Shown here: piece after piece, positions 1 through 10,790 of the stretch
Layout of the letters: each line of letters opens with the position of its first letter
Numbering within the stretch: position 1 is the first letter of the stretch
Assembly: GCA_051362555.1 (NCBI GenBank)
Contig: CM120646.1
Location: forward strand, 8,432,001 to 8,496,000
Origin: Lingula anatina
Taxonomy: Eukaryota > Animalia > Brachiopoda
Reading direction: 5' to 3'
Length of the DNA stretch: 64,000 nt
Position numbers and translations under genes: made by a program
Notes under the pieces: generated by a model
Databases searched by the model: none
What the model was told of the DNA's origin: nothing
Seen by the model: only the letters and a program-made list of their open reading frames with translations

Positions 1-1157
1 TTGGCGTCGACCCTGCATATTGCTGGTTATATATTATAAATTTTTCTAAATCGTAGTACTGTACTCTATCCGCTCATTTTCCGCGGTATTTTATTTATTG
101 TATATATTTATTATTGTGTCAGGAGGAGGAACCCATCAGTTCTCAAACAAAAATACGCCACTTTTTGAGGTTCACTCGTAACAAACTAATTTTAATGCAA
201 AAAGTATTTTGCTGAAGAGATGGATGAAAACAAAAATGATAGTTATCAATTATTATAATTATAAGGCGATTTTTAGGTAGAGTACTGTGCCAGCACTATT
301 GATTTTCTAGTTGTAGGTAATTTTTTCTGTGGGCAAATCTTCAGTTAGCCACTTAGCTGCGCATTTGAAGATATTTTAAATATTTGTTTTGAATTGAATT
401 GAATTCTGAGAAATTCCGAGAAGAAAAATATCTCAACTTTATTACATGAAACTTTTGAGAGACTAACGGTTACATATATTGACCGTTAAGTTTGAAAAAA
501 GAACAAGTTGTTAATTTAAAATAACTTACAAACTGTTCTTCAAGTTATAATGCTTTGGAAATCACAGCGTTAAGAAAATGATAAAATTTGTCCACGTGAT
601 TGCAGAATTGCCCATGTATAAGAAACGATCCTTTTTTAAAGTGTGGATATAGGTTTGTGACGCATGTTAAGAATGAACTTACTTTGGTTTTGGTGTTTTG
701 ATATTGTGTCTGGTCAGTGACAGATACACATTTACTGTGCTGGGAGGGTTTAAAACAATGTTAAGAAAATGAAACCAGGAGAGGAATAGATTTTCACGAA
801 ATTACTGCGCATTCGTTATTGCAGTAGGGGAATATATGTTACCCACGTGATACAAATTGTCCCTTCTTAGGGCCACCAAAATTTATCAGTGTTTTATTAA
901 TCAATATTTCTTTGGTTGTGATGAAGGGGTCATTGAGAGGAAAAGGTCTGATAAGATGCCAGTCCAGCACGTCCTGTTGGGGTATTTTTTGCTAAGTGTT
1001 TCTTGATCACTGAGCACCGGAGACCAGAGTAAGGGTATTAGCATTTACGAATTAATGAATCTTAAGTCACCGTTTTTTCGTAATCTTTTCAGTTTTGTTT
1101 GTATATTTTTCTTAAATTGTTATGACCAGAATAAGCTTGTAAATTAACCATGTTTTT

Positions 1158-1334
1158 TTATGCCGTTCCTGATTCGCATGTGTGCAAATTTTAGTTTTCG
1201 CTCAAAGTCGTGTCACAAATCTACCAATATTAGGATAAAATGAAATGAAAACAAAATGATGTAAAACACTCGATTCTTAAAAATGACTATTTTTGTCTAC
1301 CTTTTTCTGTGCGAGAATCAGCACGACGGCATAG
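1158..1334. mobile_element. Small MITE-like inverted-repeat element
   Basis: Left 'tatgccgttcctgattcgca' is an imperfect inverted repeat of right 'tgcgagaatcagcacgacggcata'. No coding capacity; TSD not resolved. Confidence 0.4.
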
Positions 1335-2007
1335 AACAAGGTGTGCGTGAGTGCGAGTGCACGTGAGGGGACGACGCCCATGTGAGATTACATTCGTTTT
1401 GGAATTTTGATTTCGTTCACAACACTGAAATTGGACACTGCTCCTCGATGGAATTAGTAATCAACTATTAAAGTCAACTTCGAACAAAAGTTGATAAGTA
1501 TGATATGGTTGTACTTTCAATTTATCTACCAGTTTTGGTCAATTTTTTTAATGAATTTTGTTTTGGTAAGCATTATGTCGAAATTCTCTCTTATATAAAT
1601 AAAAGAATTCGTTGTTTCAGCAGCAATTTCCAAAGTGCATAAAATACTTTTTATGTATGTAGTAGACTTCTTGTATTTTTTTTGTTAAAGCATAATTTAT
1701 AGATTTTTTTTTAGAAATTTGACGCTTTTATAAAGATTGCTATCAATGTAGAAAAATGTAATTTCATGTATTCTGTTTTGTATGAAACTATGTTGAAATT
1801 ACTTGGACTTTGTTGAAACAATAAATAATGAAAATAATTTACAGAAACTTGTATGTTGAATTCCATTTCATTATTCACCTGTTCCCTTTAGCTCGATTTG
1901 AACTACTACATGTAACTCCACTAGCTTCTTGTGAAATGTGGGATCCTCTTATATTGGTAGTTTACCTTGCTTATTTGAATTTTTTGCAAAAGGTAATTTG
2001 CTGGGAC

Positions 2008-2083
2008 CCAGGAGCACCAGGATTCGAACTTGGGACTTGTTGAGTCGGAGGCAAGCGCGTTACCTACTCCTCTAACTGTTCCC
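2008..2083 (-). mobile_element. tRNA-derived SINE head or tRNA pseudogene (anticodon loop reads CCG, Arg-like)
   Basis: Minus strand reads gggaacagttagaggagtaggtaacgcgcttgcctccgactcaacaagtcccaaGTTCGAATCCtggtgctcc. It has an A-box-like TAGAGGAGTAGG and a B-box GTTCGAATCC at tRNA spacing. Acceptor and anticodon stems are imperfect, so it is unlikely to be a functional tRNA. Confidence 0.6.
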
Positions 2084-3021
2084 ACCCACCCTGCTCGGGA
2101 AAACTTTCCTCTTATAGTAACCAAAGGGAAAATTCTGTAAAGCCCCTTGAAAAGTATTCAATGATTTCCAAGTACCCGAACCAGGAAACGACCCAAACCC
2201 GAGGGGTGCCACTGAATCAATGAAGTTCTTGTAGTTACCAAAGCAAAATTCTAAAAAAAAATCCCAATTTATTAAAAAAAAATTAGAAACGTAAGCCAAG
2301 GTCGAAGCCCAACCTCAGGTTGCCGCTGAGCAATGCAACCGTCAAAGAAACAACTAAGACATTTTGTATACTTGGAAAGTCTTTATTCACTGCCCAACAA
2401 CAACTTATTATATATATTTAAGCATTTTTATGTAAAACTACAAAGTTAAACACTTAAATCACTACTTAATCACTTTGAATATCCGTAAGACATGCATGTA
2501 ATAGACAAAGTTATATCTGTTGATTTAAAGGTGTAACATATACAACAAATGTATTACATTTCACCAATAAACGGTCAACTAAACTACTCGTTTATGGTTT
2601 GGTGTTATATATATATATCTACAAGCATTTCAAAAAAAAAAATTCAGAACAAATTTGAGAAACTGACACTAATTAAAGAGATATAAAGCAGTTCATCAAA
2701 TATCACACAGAATGTGTGCGTCACTGACTAATAAGATCAATAACTTGTGGCTATTTCTATAATTACATGATTTATTTGATTTATTACGACAGTATAAAAC
2801 GTGGAAAAAGAAACATATCATGAAAATCGCTGTCGGGAAAAAATATCTGTAAATTTTGTATCTTCCAAATGATCTTTCTAAACACACACCTTTGCCTTAT
2901 GAAAAAAACTGCAAAATTGAGCCAATTAAGCTTTTCTGGACGATCAAAAGTTTCCATATTTCTGCATATTTTATTCACACGACAGCGTAACGCCAAATCA
3001 CAACTCGTTACCATACTGCTA

Positions 3022-3232
3022 CTTTCGACCCAAAAAGTTCGGAAACATCGTTATTTTGAATAGTTATAAAATAATCATTATTAGTTACGGTAAATATTTT
3101 AACCAAATATTGATGGATAATAAACCCACCATTTGTTAATCTTTATTTACACAGAAGATTTTCCCAACACATTACATATCTTTTTGATTATTGAAAAACA
3201 ATTTCACGTTTCCGAACTTTCTTGTTCGCGTG
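3022..3232. mobile_element. Tc1/mariner-type MITE
   Basis: ta|ctttcgacccaaaaagttcggaaac ... gtttccgaactttcttgttcgcgtg|ta: ~25-bp imperfect TIRs flanked by TA on both sides. Confidence 0.65.
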
Positions 3233-3242
3233 TATCATAACC

Positions 3243-3365
3243 TACACTCTCCCAGGGCCGCTGGTTTCATGTGCACTTTTCTCTTTCATGTAAAAATTAA
3301 CTAGAGACATATCTGTGAAAATGTGTATCTAGTGAAAAATCAACCTGTGGCCCTGGCAGAGGGTA
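3243..3365. mobile_element. Short MITE
   Basis: tacactctcccagggccgctggtt versus aacctgtggccctggcagagggta (reverse complement taccctctgccagggccacaggtt). Confidence 0.5.
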
Positions 3366-5149
3366 ATCATTATTGTAATACCATTTAACAAAGGCCACGG
3401 CGGCAAACTTGAAGTCTTACGAGAATAGAGCACTTTAAAAGGCATAAGGGGAAGATATCTTTACTGAAATAAACCAAACCTGTATCTGATGACCACGCAG
3501 TCTTAAACATGCCATGTTTCTAGTAACCAATGCTTTATTTTAAAGGTATCGACAGAACGATTAACATATGTTTGAAACAGTATTTAGCCCTATCAGTTCG
3601 CCCCCTATGCCTTGAAGGGTTGACATCGTTGGCCAGTGAAGCCACAATTTTTAAAGCTCCCGTCATACAAAAATCTGTACAGTGTAGCTATAATTCAACT
3701 TATATATTCAACGGACTGAAATAGTACAACTGGACTAGTGAAATCGTGCCGAAATTAGAAATGGAAGTGTAATACTTATACTGTGCACCCACTGAGTGTT
3801 ATGCTCTTTATTTCGACCACCAACCGCTTACTACAAATATTTACATGTCAGTAAATAGTAATTTAAATGGAAGATTCCACAGCATTTCCCCCTTTTTTGT
3901 CTGCTTCTTGTAAAAATTCTCCTGGTACGTCTTCAACTGCTGATACTTTTTCTACCAACGAAGTTCGAAACAGTTTTCATTTCCATAGGACGTGATAAGG
4001 TGAAGTTATGGAGGAAGCAAAAAGCTATGGGGGAAACACTGGGGAATGGCCAAGCTATTTTTATGCATGCACGCGTCACAGTATTTCTTATAAAATTAAT
4101 AACAAATAAGTGAACATTAAATCCCTAATACTGATACATTGAAACATTATACTAAATAGGTCGCAACATAAATATTGGTATACTTAGTTTCCAGACCGCC
4201 TTGCGTCCACTCACTGATCACGGGGGGTGTAACAACTCTTCCCAGATGGTAGGTTCAATTTATGGGGGAGGGGCTAAAGCTTTTCTGTCCAACCCTCATC
4301 CTAATCTGACAAGCAAAACTTGATTAACAATTGACTAAAATCAAAATGCATGTACATATATATATATATAGTGCATTTTGTTGAATATATTTCAAAAACA
4401 AACCAGAAAAAAACACCCAAAATGAAAAAATATTATGTAGGTCACTGGCTATTCTAAAATGGTCCACTGCTTTTATCTGAACAGTTTTCGCCACGTTTGA
4501 CAAACTGGGCAGTACTATAACGCCACCTGGAGGAAAATATGATCGTCTCTGTTGCAATTATAAGTACCTATCACATTATGATATCAACATACTACATGTA
4601 TCCGTATATGACATCTACGTCTTTGTATGTCCACACATGAATCTACAGTGTATGTACAGGTGTATGTAACGTACTTTTCCCGTCACGCCGGTTAAATTGG
4701 AGTTCTTAAGGAGGATGATTTTTTCTGAGGACAAACTGTACACCAGTGACAAGGCAGAAAAGCTGTCATGTACTTTGGTATACAGACAGATATATAACAC
4801 ATGGTGGAAACAATGACATGAAAACAGTCTACTGTCGCTGTACTGGGGGTAAATTAAGGAAGCCATTTAAAAATGGAAGTGCAAAAATGTTTTATACAGT
4901 ATAATGTTTATGTTCTGTTACCCAATGCTTAACAGCAACATGATAACCTGTTTTCAATAAAGAAATACATGTGTTGTGGATATTAAAAATATAGTAAGCA
5001 CAGGATTTGAGGCCCATGTAAATACTTACTAAATCACAACTGAAATATGCCAAACTGTGAATAGTGAAAGTGAGCAAAAATCTAATAAGGTTGGTTTTTA
5101 AACGTTAGAACTACATCTGTGTTTCAGTCTAGAAAGAGCAACTTAATTA

Positions 5150-5470
5150 TGACTGAGGTAAGCTTATCTGTTGACTGTATGTAATTGAAGTGAATTTTTG
5201 AGAAAAGTGAAAACCGAACTTAAAATACTGGCAAAGTCCATGGATAAGTCAATGGAAGTCCAACGTTTGTGACACTTGTACAACTGAAATCCAATGTTTG
5301 TGACATTTGTACAACTGAAATCTAGTCCAAAGTTTGTGAAATGTATACCACTTAAGCTTAACAACAACAAAAAAAAAAAAGAAAAGAAAAGAAAGAAACA
5401 AGTTAATCTGGTATGTGTAATTGAAGTGTTTTCTTTCATAATTTATTTGAGAAAGATGAAAACTACAGTA
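5150..5470 (+). repeat. Highly diverged outlying monomer(s) of the 193-bp satellite
   Basis: Contains in monomer order: taagcttatctgttgactgt, tttttgagaaaagtgaaaa, actggcaaagtccatgg, aaatctagtccaaagtttgtgaaat, gcttaacaacaa. A second partial unit follows (atttgagaaagatgaaaactaca). Confidence 0.7.
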
Positions 5471-5723
5471 TCAGAGAATGGATACCGTCTCTGGGTATTG
5501 TATCACCGACTGGAGAAAGCGAATTCTTATAGAAACTAAAAAGGGAGACCACCTCCAGTGTTTTGCTTGACAAACTTTACAAAATGCAGTAAACAAGAGT
5601 TCTCAATTTTTTGAAGAATATTTTAACAAAATTGTGGGAAAAAGTAAAAGTTCAAATCCAAGGTTGCAGTTAGAATGAGAATATAAGACTTTTTTTCCCA
5701 TCCAAGTTCAATTGTATATATTA

Positions 5724-5946
5724 GAGTGCATTCCCAGAGATTTAGATCGATCCAGAGATTTAGATTGACCTAACTCTCTGGGTGTTCAAGCTAAATTGCA
5801 GTCAGCCGAGCATGCACCATAGTTAATTAACCCCTTACAGCTTTTAGTAGGCAGTTCAGACGCTTAATTAAGCCAGCTAAGCTGACAGTAATCTAGTGAG
5901 ACTCCCCACAGGGATAGATCGATCTAAAATCTATGGGAATGTGGTC
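5724..5946. mobile_element. MITE, possibly PIF/Harbinger-type
   Basis: gagtgcattcccagagatttagatcgatc ... gatcgatctaaaatctatgggaatgtggtc are inverted termini. Flanks tta/ttg resemble a degenerate 3-bp TSD. Confidence 0.55.
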
Positions 5947-5979
5947 TTGGAGCTTGGAAATTTAGAAAGTGCGGTTAAT

Positions 5980-6340
5980 GGCTAAAAGTAGGTCAAAGGT
6001 CAAATTCAAGGTCACAGGAATACTATCAAAATACGAGTTCCTATTCAAGTTTGGTAGTATCTTATGCGTGCCAATTTTGGAATTCAGTTCATGGTGAAAA
6101 GAAGGTCAAAGGCCAATTTCAAGGTCAAAGATTGCCAATGTATGACTTCCTATTCAAGTTCAATACCAACTATGGGCATATACACTGATAGTATCTGTTT
6201 TGAAGATATATTAGGGATGGAAATTTTTGCAAAGTTCAGTTCAAGGTAAAAAGTAGGTCAAATGTCAATTTCAAAGTGACAGATTGCCAGTATGACTTCC
6301 TATTGAAGTTCTATAGTAACTATGAGTGTATCTCCGCTAA
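5980..6340. repeat. Degenerate tandem core repeats of a Helentron/HINE-like element (fragment)
   Basis: About three units containing aaaagtaggtcaaa...ttcaaggtca...tatgacttcctatt. Similar aggtcaaggtca motifs occur in the HINE at 48187-49053. Confidence 0.5.
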
Positions 6341-6905
6341 TTTTGTTATTTCACATTTCATTTTTACCAATGAATATTGCGACTTTGTATTATTTGATAT
6401 GGTGCAATTCATATACCATATGGAAAACAAAAAAAAACAGACACCATCCCTAGTGTTGTGCTTGACAAGCTCTATAAAATGCACTAAACGAGGTCTGTAG
6501 CATGTATGGTTCCAGGATTACAGTTTTCAGTTTAGTAATCTCCACTTCTCCTATAAAAATGCACCAATTGACCCCAAACTCACAAAGATGAAAGATGACC
6601 CTAAGGGTAATACCTGCCCAAAATATTATAGGTTAGGTATGTGTAATTTCTGAAAACCAGCACAAATATATATATATATAATTTTTTTTTGCAAAAAATT
6701 CCCATTTTAAGAAAATTTTGAACTTAAAAAGGGCATATTTTAAATCTCTACATATCACTTCCAGCCATCTATAGAATGGCAGAGCTCCGCAATGGATGTA
6801 CCATAAGACTTAAAATGTACCAAATTACCATCATGAATATAATTAAATATTAATAATTTTGTCAATTATATATATATTTTTCAATTTTGAAAAAACAAAG
6901 CTTAC

Positions 6906-6999
6906 CAACTGCAGATATCTGTGATAAGCTTCTCAGTTGACTACTGTGTGTAACTGAAGTGTAGTTTATTGGCAATTGATATGACAAGAGGGAGAATTA
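6906..6999 (-). other. Putative 94-nt exon ('exon B'), no open frame across it
   Basis: Minus strand: atatttgttttcag|TAATTCTCC...CTGCAGTTG|gtaagc, a canonical acceptor and donor. Homologous to the satellite/cassette junction sequence (atctgtgataagctt...gactgtgtgtaa...gtttattggcaatt). All three frames contain a stop. Confidence 0.45.
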
Positions 7000-7030
7000 C
7001 TGAAAACAAATATTTTAATAATGCAATATA

Positions 7031-8667
7031 CAGGCATGAGATTTGGTTTTGATAAAAAAGTCTGAAAGATTTTTCGAAGAAAAATCTTAACGCACACGTA
7101 GTGTGCGTGGGGGGGTTGTTAAGGGGGGTGCGCCCCACTTAAGCCTTGGAAAATTTTTTGACTTTTGCATTATGAATGGTGCAATTTCCTTGCATTTAAG
7201 ATCCCCCAAAAGAACTTTTTATCAGGCAAAAATGTGTAAAAATACATGAAATTTCATACAAATTTACACAAGAACATTATTTAAATAGAATAAATAATAC
7301 AATCTATCTATGGAAATTTTTTTTTACTTTTGCATTATGATTGGTGCACTTTCCTTGCATTTAAGACCCACAAAATGAACTTTCTATCAGGCAAAAATGT
7401 GTAAAAAAATGTGTAAAAATACATGAAAATTTCATACAAATTTACAACAGCATCCATGGAAACGAGGTTAAATTTCATAAACGTCAGGGTCGGAAAACCC
7501 AGATATATCGCACCTAAGCCGCCCCCGGTAGCCATATGCTGTTAGGAGACGTTATTCAAAGTAAATTTGTTCTAAGATATAATTAAGGTTCATTTTGCAT
7601 GCCTGTAAACTCCTAGATCTAAGGGTTTATCTTACATAGAAGTGTGATTTAACATCGTGTAAATCATAAATCGGCATGAAATAATTGACTTTTGAAAACG
7701 TACACAACTTCTTTGCTGCACTTGAAATGACCTCGTTAGCTATAAATATGATCCTTTCACCTTGCCACGTGACATCATTTGATCCATATACATGAGTAGT
7801 TGTCACTGTTGAAGGGAAAGCACGTCTATTTATAGAAACTGAAATCAGATGACGCAATGTATTGTTGTGTTCAGAGAGCGACTTTCACTTGACCTACTTT
7901 CCAGTGCTGTATGTTGAACAGTACGTAGCTGCACCGGTATTTCTTCTCATTATACTTCAATTTTAGAAAATAAAAAACTTAATTGACTTGTATAATTTCC
8001 CACCGGTACGATAGGTATTTAATAAACATACCGGGTGGAAGAATTTTGAAAAATTAATAAGCGTACTGGGTATGTTTATTACAACAGCATCCATGGAAAC
8101 GAGGTCCCCTTTTAGGAGTGCGCCCGAGGGCGCATCTCTAGGAATTTTTTGGCGACATTTTCAATTTTTGGGCGACAATGTCGCAATGTCGCGCTCTGGG
8201 CAGAACCCTGCAACTCAAAACATGAAAATTTTCAAATGCAAGTTCAATGTCTTCATACGACATACACACAACCGATCTAGTAGCTTCATTTTCCAAAACG
8301 CAAAAGCGACACACGATACCACATGGAAAAAACCGCGCAGCGCTATATGAACAGGATACAGGCCGTTTTACGGTAATTGCATTCAATGACTGTATAAATG
8401 TCGTATAGATGTCGCAAAAGTTTCCCCTTTGATAACAGTGCGTCCCAGAATTGATATATATGTACGGTTGGTAACGTTTTTCGGCAAGGTAAAAATTGAA
8501 AACATGCGAGTGCCGATGAGTGAAGGGTCTCGCCGGGGAAGGGAAGGGTACCCCTACCCCCCCCCCCCCCCTGAAATTTTCTCAACGGATTTGCAATGAT
8601 ATAAAAAATGACATTTTTGAAGGAAAAAGTCGGAATTCCGCCAAAAGACGGAAAAATCTCATGCCTG
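7031..8667. mobile_element. Non-autonomous TIR DNA transposon (CAGG termini, hAT-like ends) splitting the diverged cassette
   Basis: 14-bp perfect TIR caggcatgagattt / aaatctcatgcctg, with aatata duplicated on both flanks (7025-7030, 8668-8673). Internal duplications: about 7150-7270 versus 7315-7445, and acaacagcatccatggaaacgagg at 7444 and 8081. The flanks rejoin into the cassette sequence. Confidence 0.75.
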
Positions 8668-8889
8668 AATATAGCATTCACTCTCCAATGAAACATGATG
8701 AAACCTAATGATTTCTTTCTTTGTGTTGAGGTGGCAAATTACCCAAAATTTTGATCTGGAAAATATATATATATGCCCATTCAAGACATCTCCTTACTAT
8801 CAAAACAAGATGCATACTGCTCCTTATAATGGGCCTCTGATATCAGGTTTAGCACACCATTTGACAATGCCCTAAATTTTGCCACATAC

Positions 8890-9028
8890 CATCTATTGTA
8901 CACATGGATGAGACATAACGTTGCTCATGCTGCTGTCTTTCACTGCTGCTTTTTCTATAGGAATTAGCCATGACCAGACAGGAAGTATCATTTCACCAAG
9001 AACCCACCTGCTGTACCGAAAGGGTCAC
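8890..9028 (-). other. Diverged copy of cassette exon A (139 nt)
   Basis: Minus strand: ttttcttctttttccag|GTGACCCTTTCGG...ATAGATG|gtatgt. Clearly homologous to the array cassettes but with many more substitutions than they show among themselves. Confidence 0.55.
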
Positions 9029-9157
9029 CTGGAAAAAGAAGAAAATATAATTTGAAAAAAAAAAAAAAAAAAAAAATGAAAATTAAATTTAAAAAAGTGA
9101 CAAATTTCCCAGACTAAAATAGATAAACATTAATAATTTTGATAAAGTTAAGATTAA

Positions 9158-9534
9158 AGGTACATACGAACCGAGCATCGGTGGAGTGTGGATTCCGAGT
9201 AACACATGTAAACCACTTCTACTATATTCTTATATAACTCAAATAAATTCGACATACCAAGGGATAAACTGAATAGATCCCTCGATCAGCCATAAAAGAC
9301 CTTTAGACTGCTCCTTTCTTTAAATTTATGGTTGTAAATTTAACCTACTTCCATGACCTACTTTCCTGCCCCATTGACATACAGCTTAGAATGCCAGCAG
9401 AAAAATCTGTTCAAACATCATTTTCGGGTAAAATTAAACAATGCCTTTTGGTAATTCCCTTAGTTATACTACTTGAAACTATATGCTGGCATTTGGTTGG
9501 TTTTTGTGACAAAAAATTGACTTTGTATGCATCT
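9158..9534. mobile_element. Kolobok-like non-autonomous element
   Basis: ttaa|aggtacatac ... gtatgcatct|ttaa: TTAA on both sides with short imperfect TIRs starting AG. It lies between degenerate satellite monomer segments. Confidence 0.5.
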
Positions 9535-10289
9535 TTAACCGTTGTGTATGTCTAATTAAAAAGATTTTTTAGGACAATATATTTTAGAAGACTGAAAATA
9601 GTTAAAGGTTAATAATTTTGACAAATCTATTCCAATATTTGTCAAATTTGGACAAATGGTGCCTAACATCAATGAAAATCTGTGATAAGCTCATCAGTTG
9701 ACTGAGTCCGATGAAAAAGAATTTATTGGACAATATATTTGAGAAAACTGAAAATCAAATTGAAATGTGAGGCCAATTCCATGGGATAAAATAGTTAAAC
9801 GTTAATAAATTTGATAAATCTGGTAATATATTTGTGAAATTTGCATATGATACTCAACAACAATGAAAATCTGTGATAAGCTCATCAGTTGACTGTATCC
9901 CATGAAAAAGAATTTATTGGACAATATATTTTAGAAAACTGAAATTTACATTGAAATGTCAGGCAAATTCCATGGCATGATATAGTTAAACGAAGATAAT
10001 TTTGACAAATCTAGTCCAATATTTGTGAAATTTGCACAAATGATGCCTAACAAGAATGAAAATCTGTGATAAGCTCATCAGTTGACTGCATCCTATGAAA
10101 AAGTTTTAATCGGACAATATATTTGAGAAAACTGAAAATTGCATTGAAAGGTGGGGCAAATTCCATGGCATAATATAGTTAAACGTCAATAATTTTGATA
10201 AATCTATTCCAATATATGTCAAATTTGGACAAATGATGCTTAACATCAATAAAAATCTGTGATAAGCTTACCAATTGACTGTGTGTAAT

Positions 10290-10790
10290 ATTAGTGTTGT
10301 TTATTGGCAATTTGTACGAGAAGAGTCAGAATGACCAAAAAAATTTTTTTCAATTTAACAACATATAATTTAGTCTCACATGAAACAGCAAATGTTATGA
10401 TTTGTGTTTGTTTGTGTTAGAGGTGGCAAATTACCCATAATTGTCATCTGGAAAACAACATATACCATTCAAGACTTCTCCTTACTACCAATACCACATG
10501 CAGATTCCTCCTTACAGTGGGTTTCTGGAATCAGGATTAGCGCACCATTTGACAATGTCCTAAATCTTCCCACGTACCAACTATTGTACACAAGGACGAG
10601 ACATAAAACTGCTCTTGCTGCTGCCTTTCACTGCCTGCTTTTTCTATAGGAATTAGCCATGACCAGACAGGAAGTATCAGTTCACCAAGGAGCCACCCTC
10701 TGTATGGAAAGGGTCACCTGGAAAAAGAACAATATATAATTTGAAAAAAGTGAAAATTAAATTTTAAAAAGTGACTCGGCTTAGAATAGT
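10290..10790. repeat. Full ~500-bp cassette (first of 14 copies)
   Basis: Near-identical copies are marked by the 81-aa pseudo-ORF at 10404, 11788, 18086, 22171, 25683, 28612, 30957, 34273, 35601, 44214, 53008, 58449, 60215 and 61982. Confidence 0.95.
10578..10717 (-). other. Putative 140-nt exon A (representative; lies at ORF start +174 to +313 in each full cassette)
   Basis: Minus strand: aaattatatattgttctttttccag|GTGACCCTTTCC...ACAATAGTTG|gtacgt. Polypyrimidine tract plus CAG|G acceptor and G|GTACGT donor. Stops in all three frames suggest a non-coding or UTR exon. Confidence 0.55.

Noticed and set aside
3866-3975. Short coding-looking minus-strand stretch (VEKVSAVEDVPGEFLQEADKK...)
   Set aside because: An in-frame stop lies just upstream, there is no clear acceptor, and I recognise no homology.
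10404-10649. Repeated 81-aa plus-strand ORF (MFVCVRGGKLP...) as a multicopy gene family
   Set aside because: It starts at GTG rather than ATG and has no recognisable domain. The diverged copy (8720-8960) has a frameshift, a TAA and mostly non-synonymous changes. Recurrence reflects DNA repetition only.
10578-10717. Exon A plus microexon as a 51-codon repeat with an in-frame TGA read as selenocysteine (G-U-PFPYSGWLLGELILPVWSW...)
   Set aside because: The copy variants I checked in this frame are non-synonymous or add further stops, the diverged copy is frameshifted, truncated cassettes would break the frame, and I saw no SECIS.
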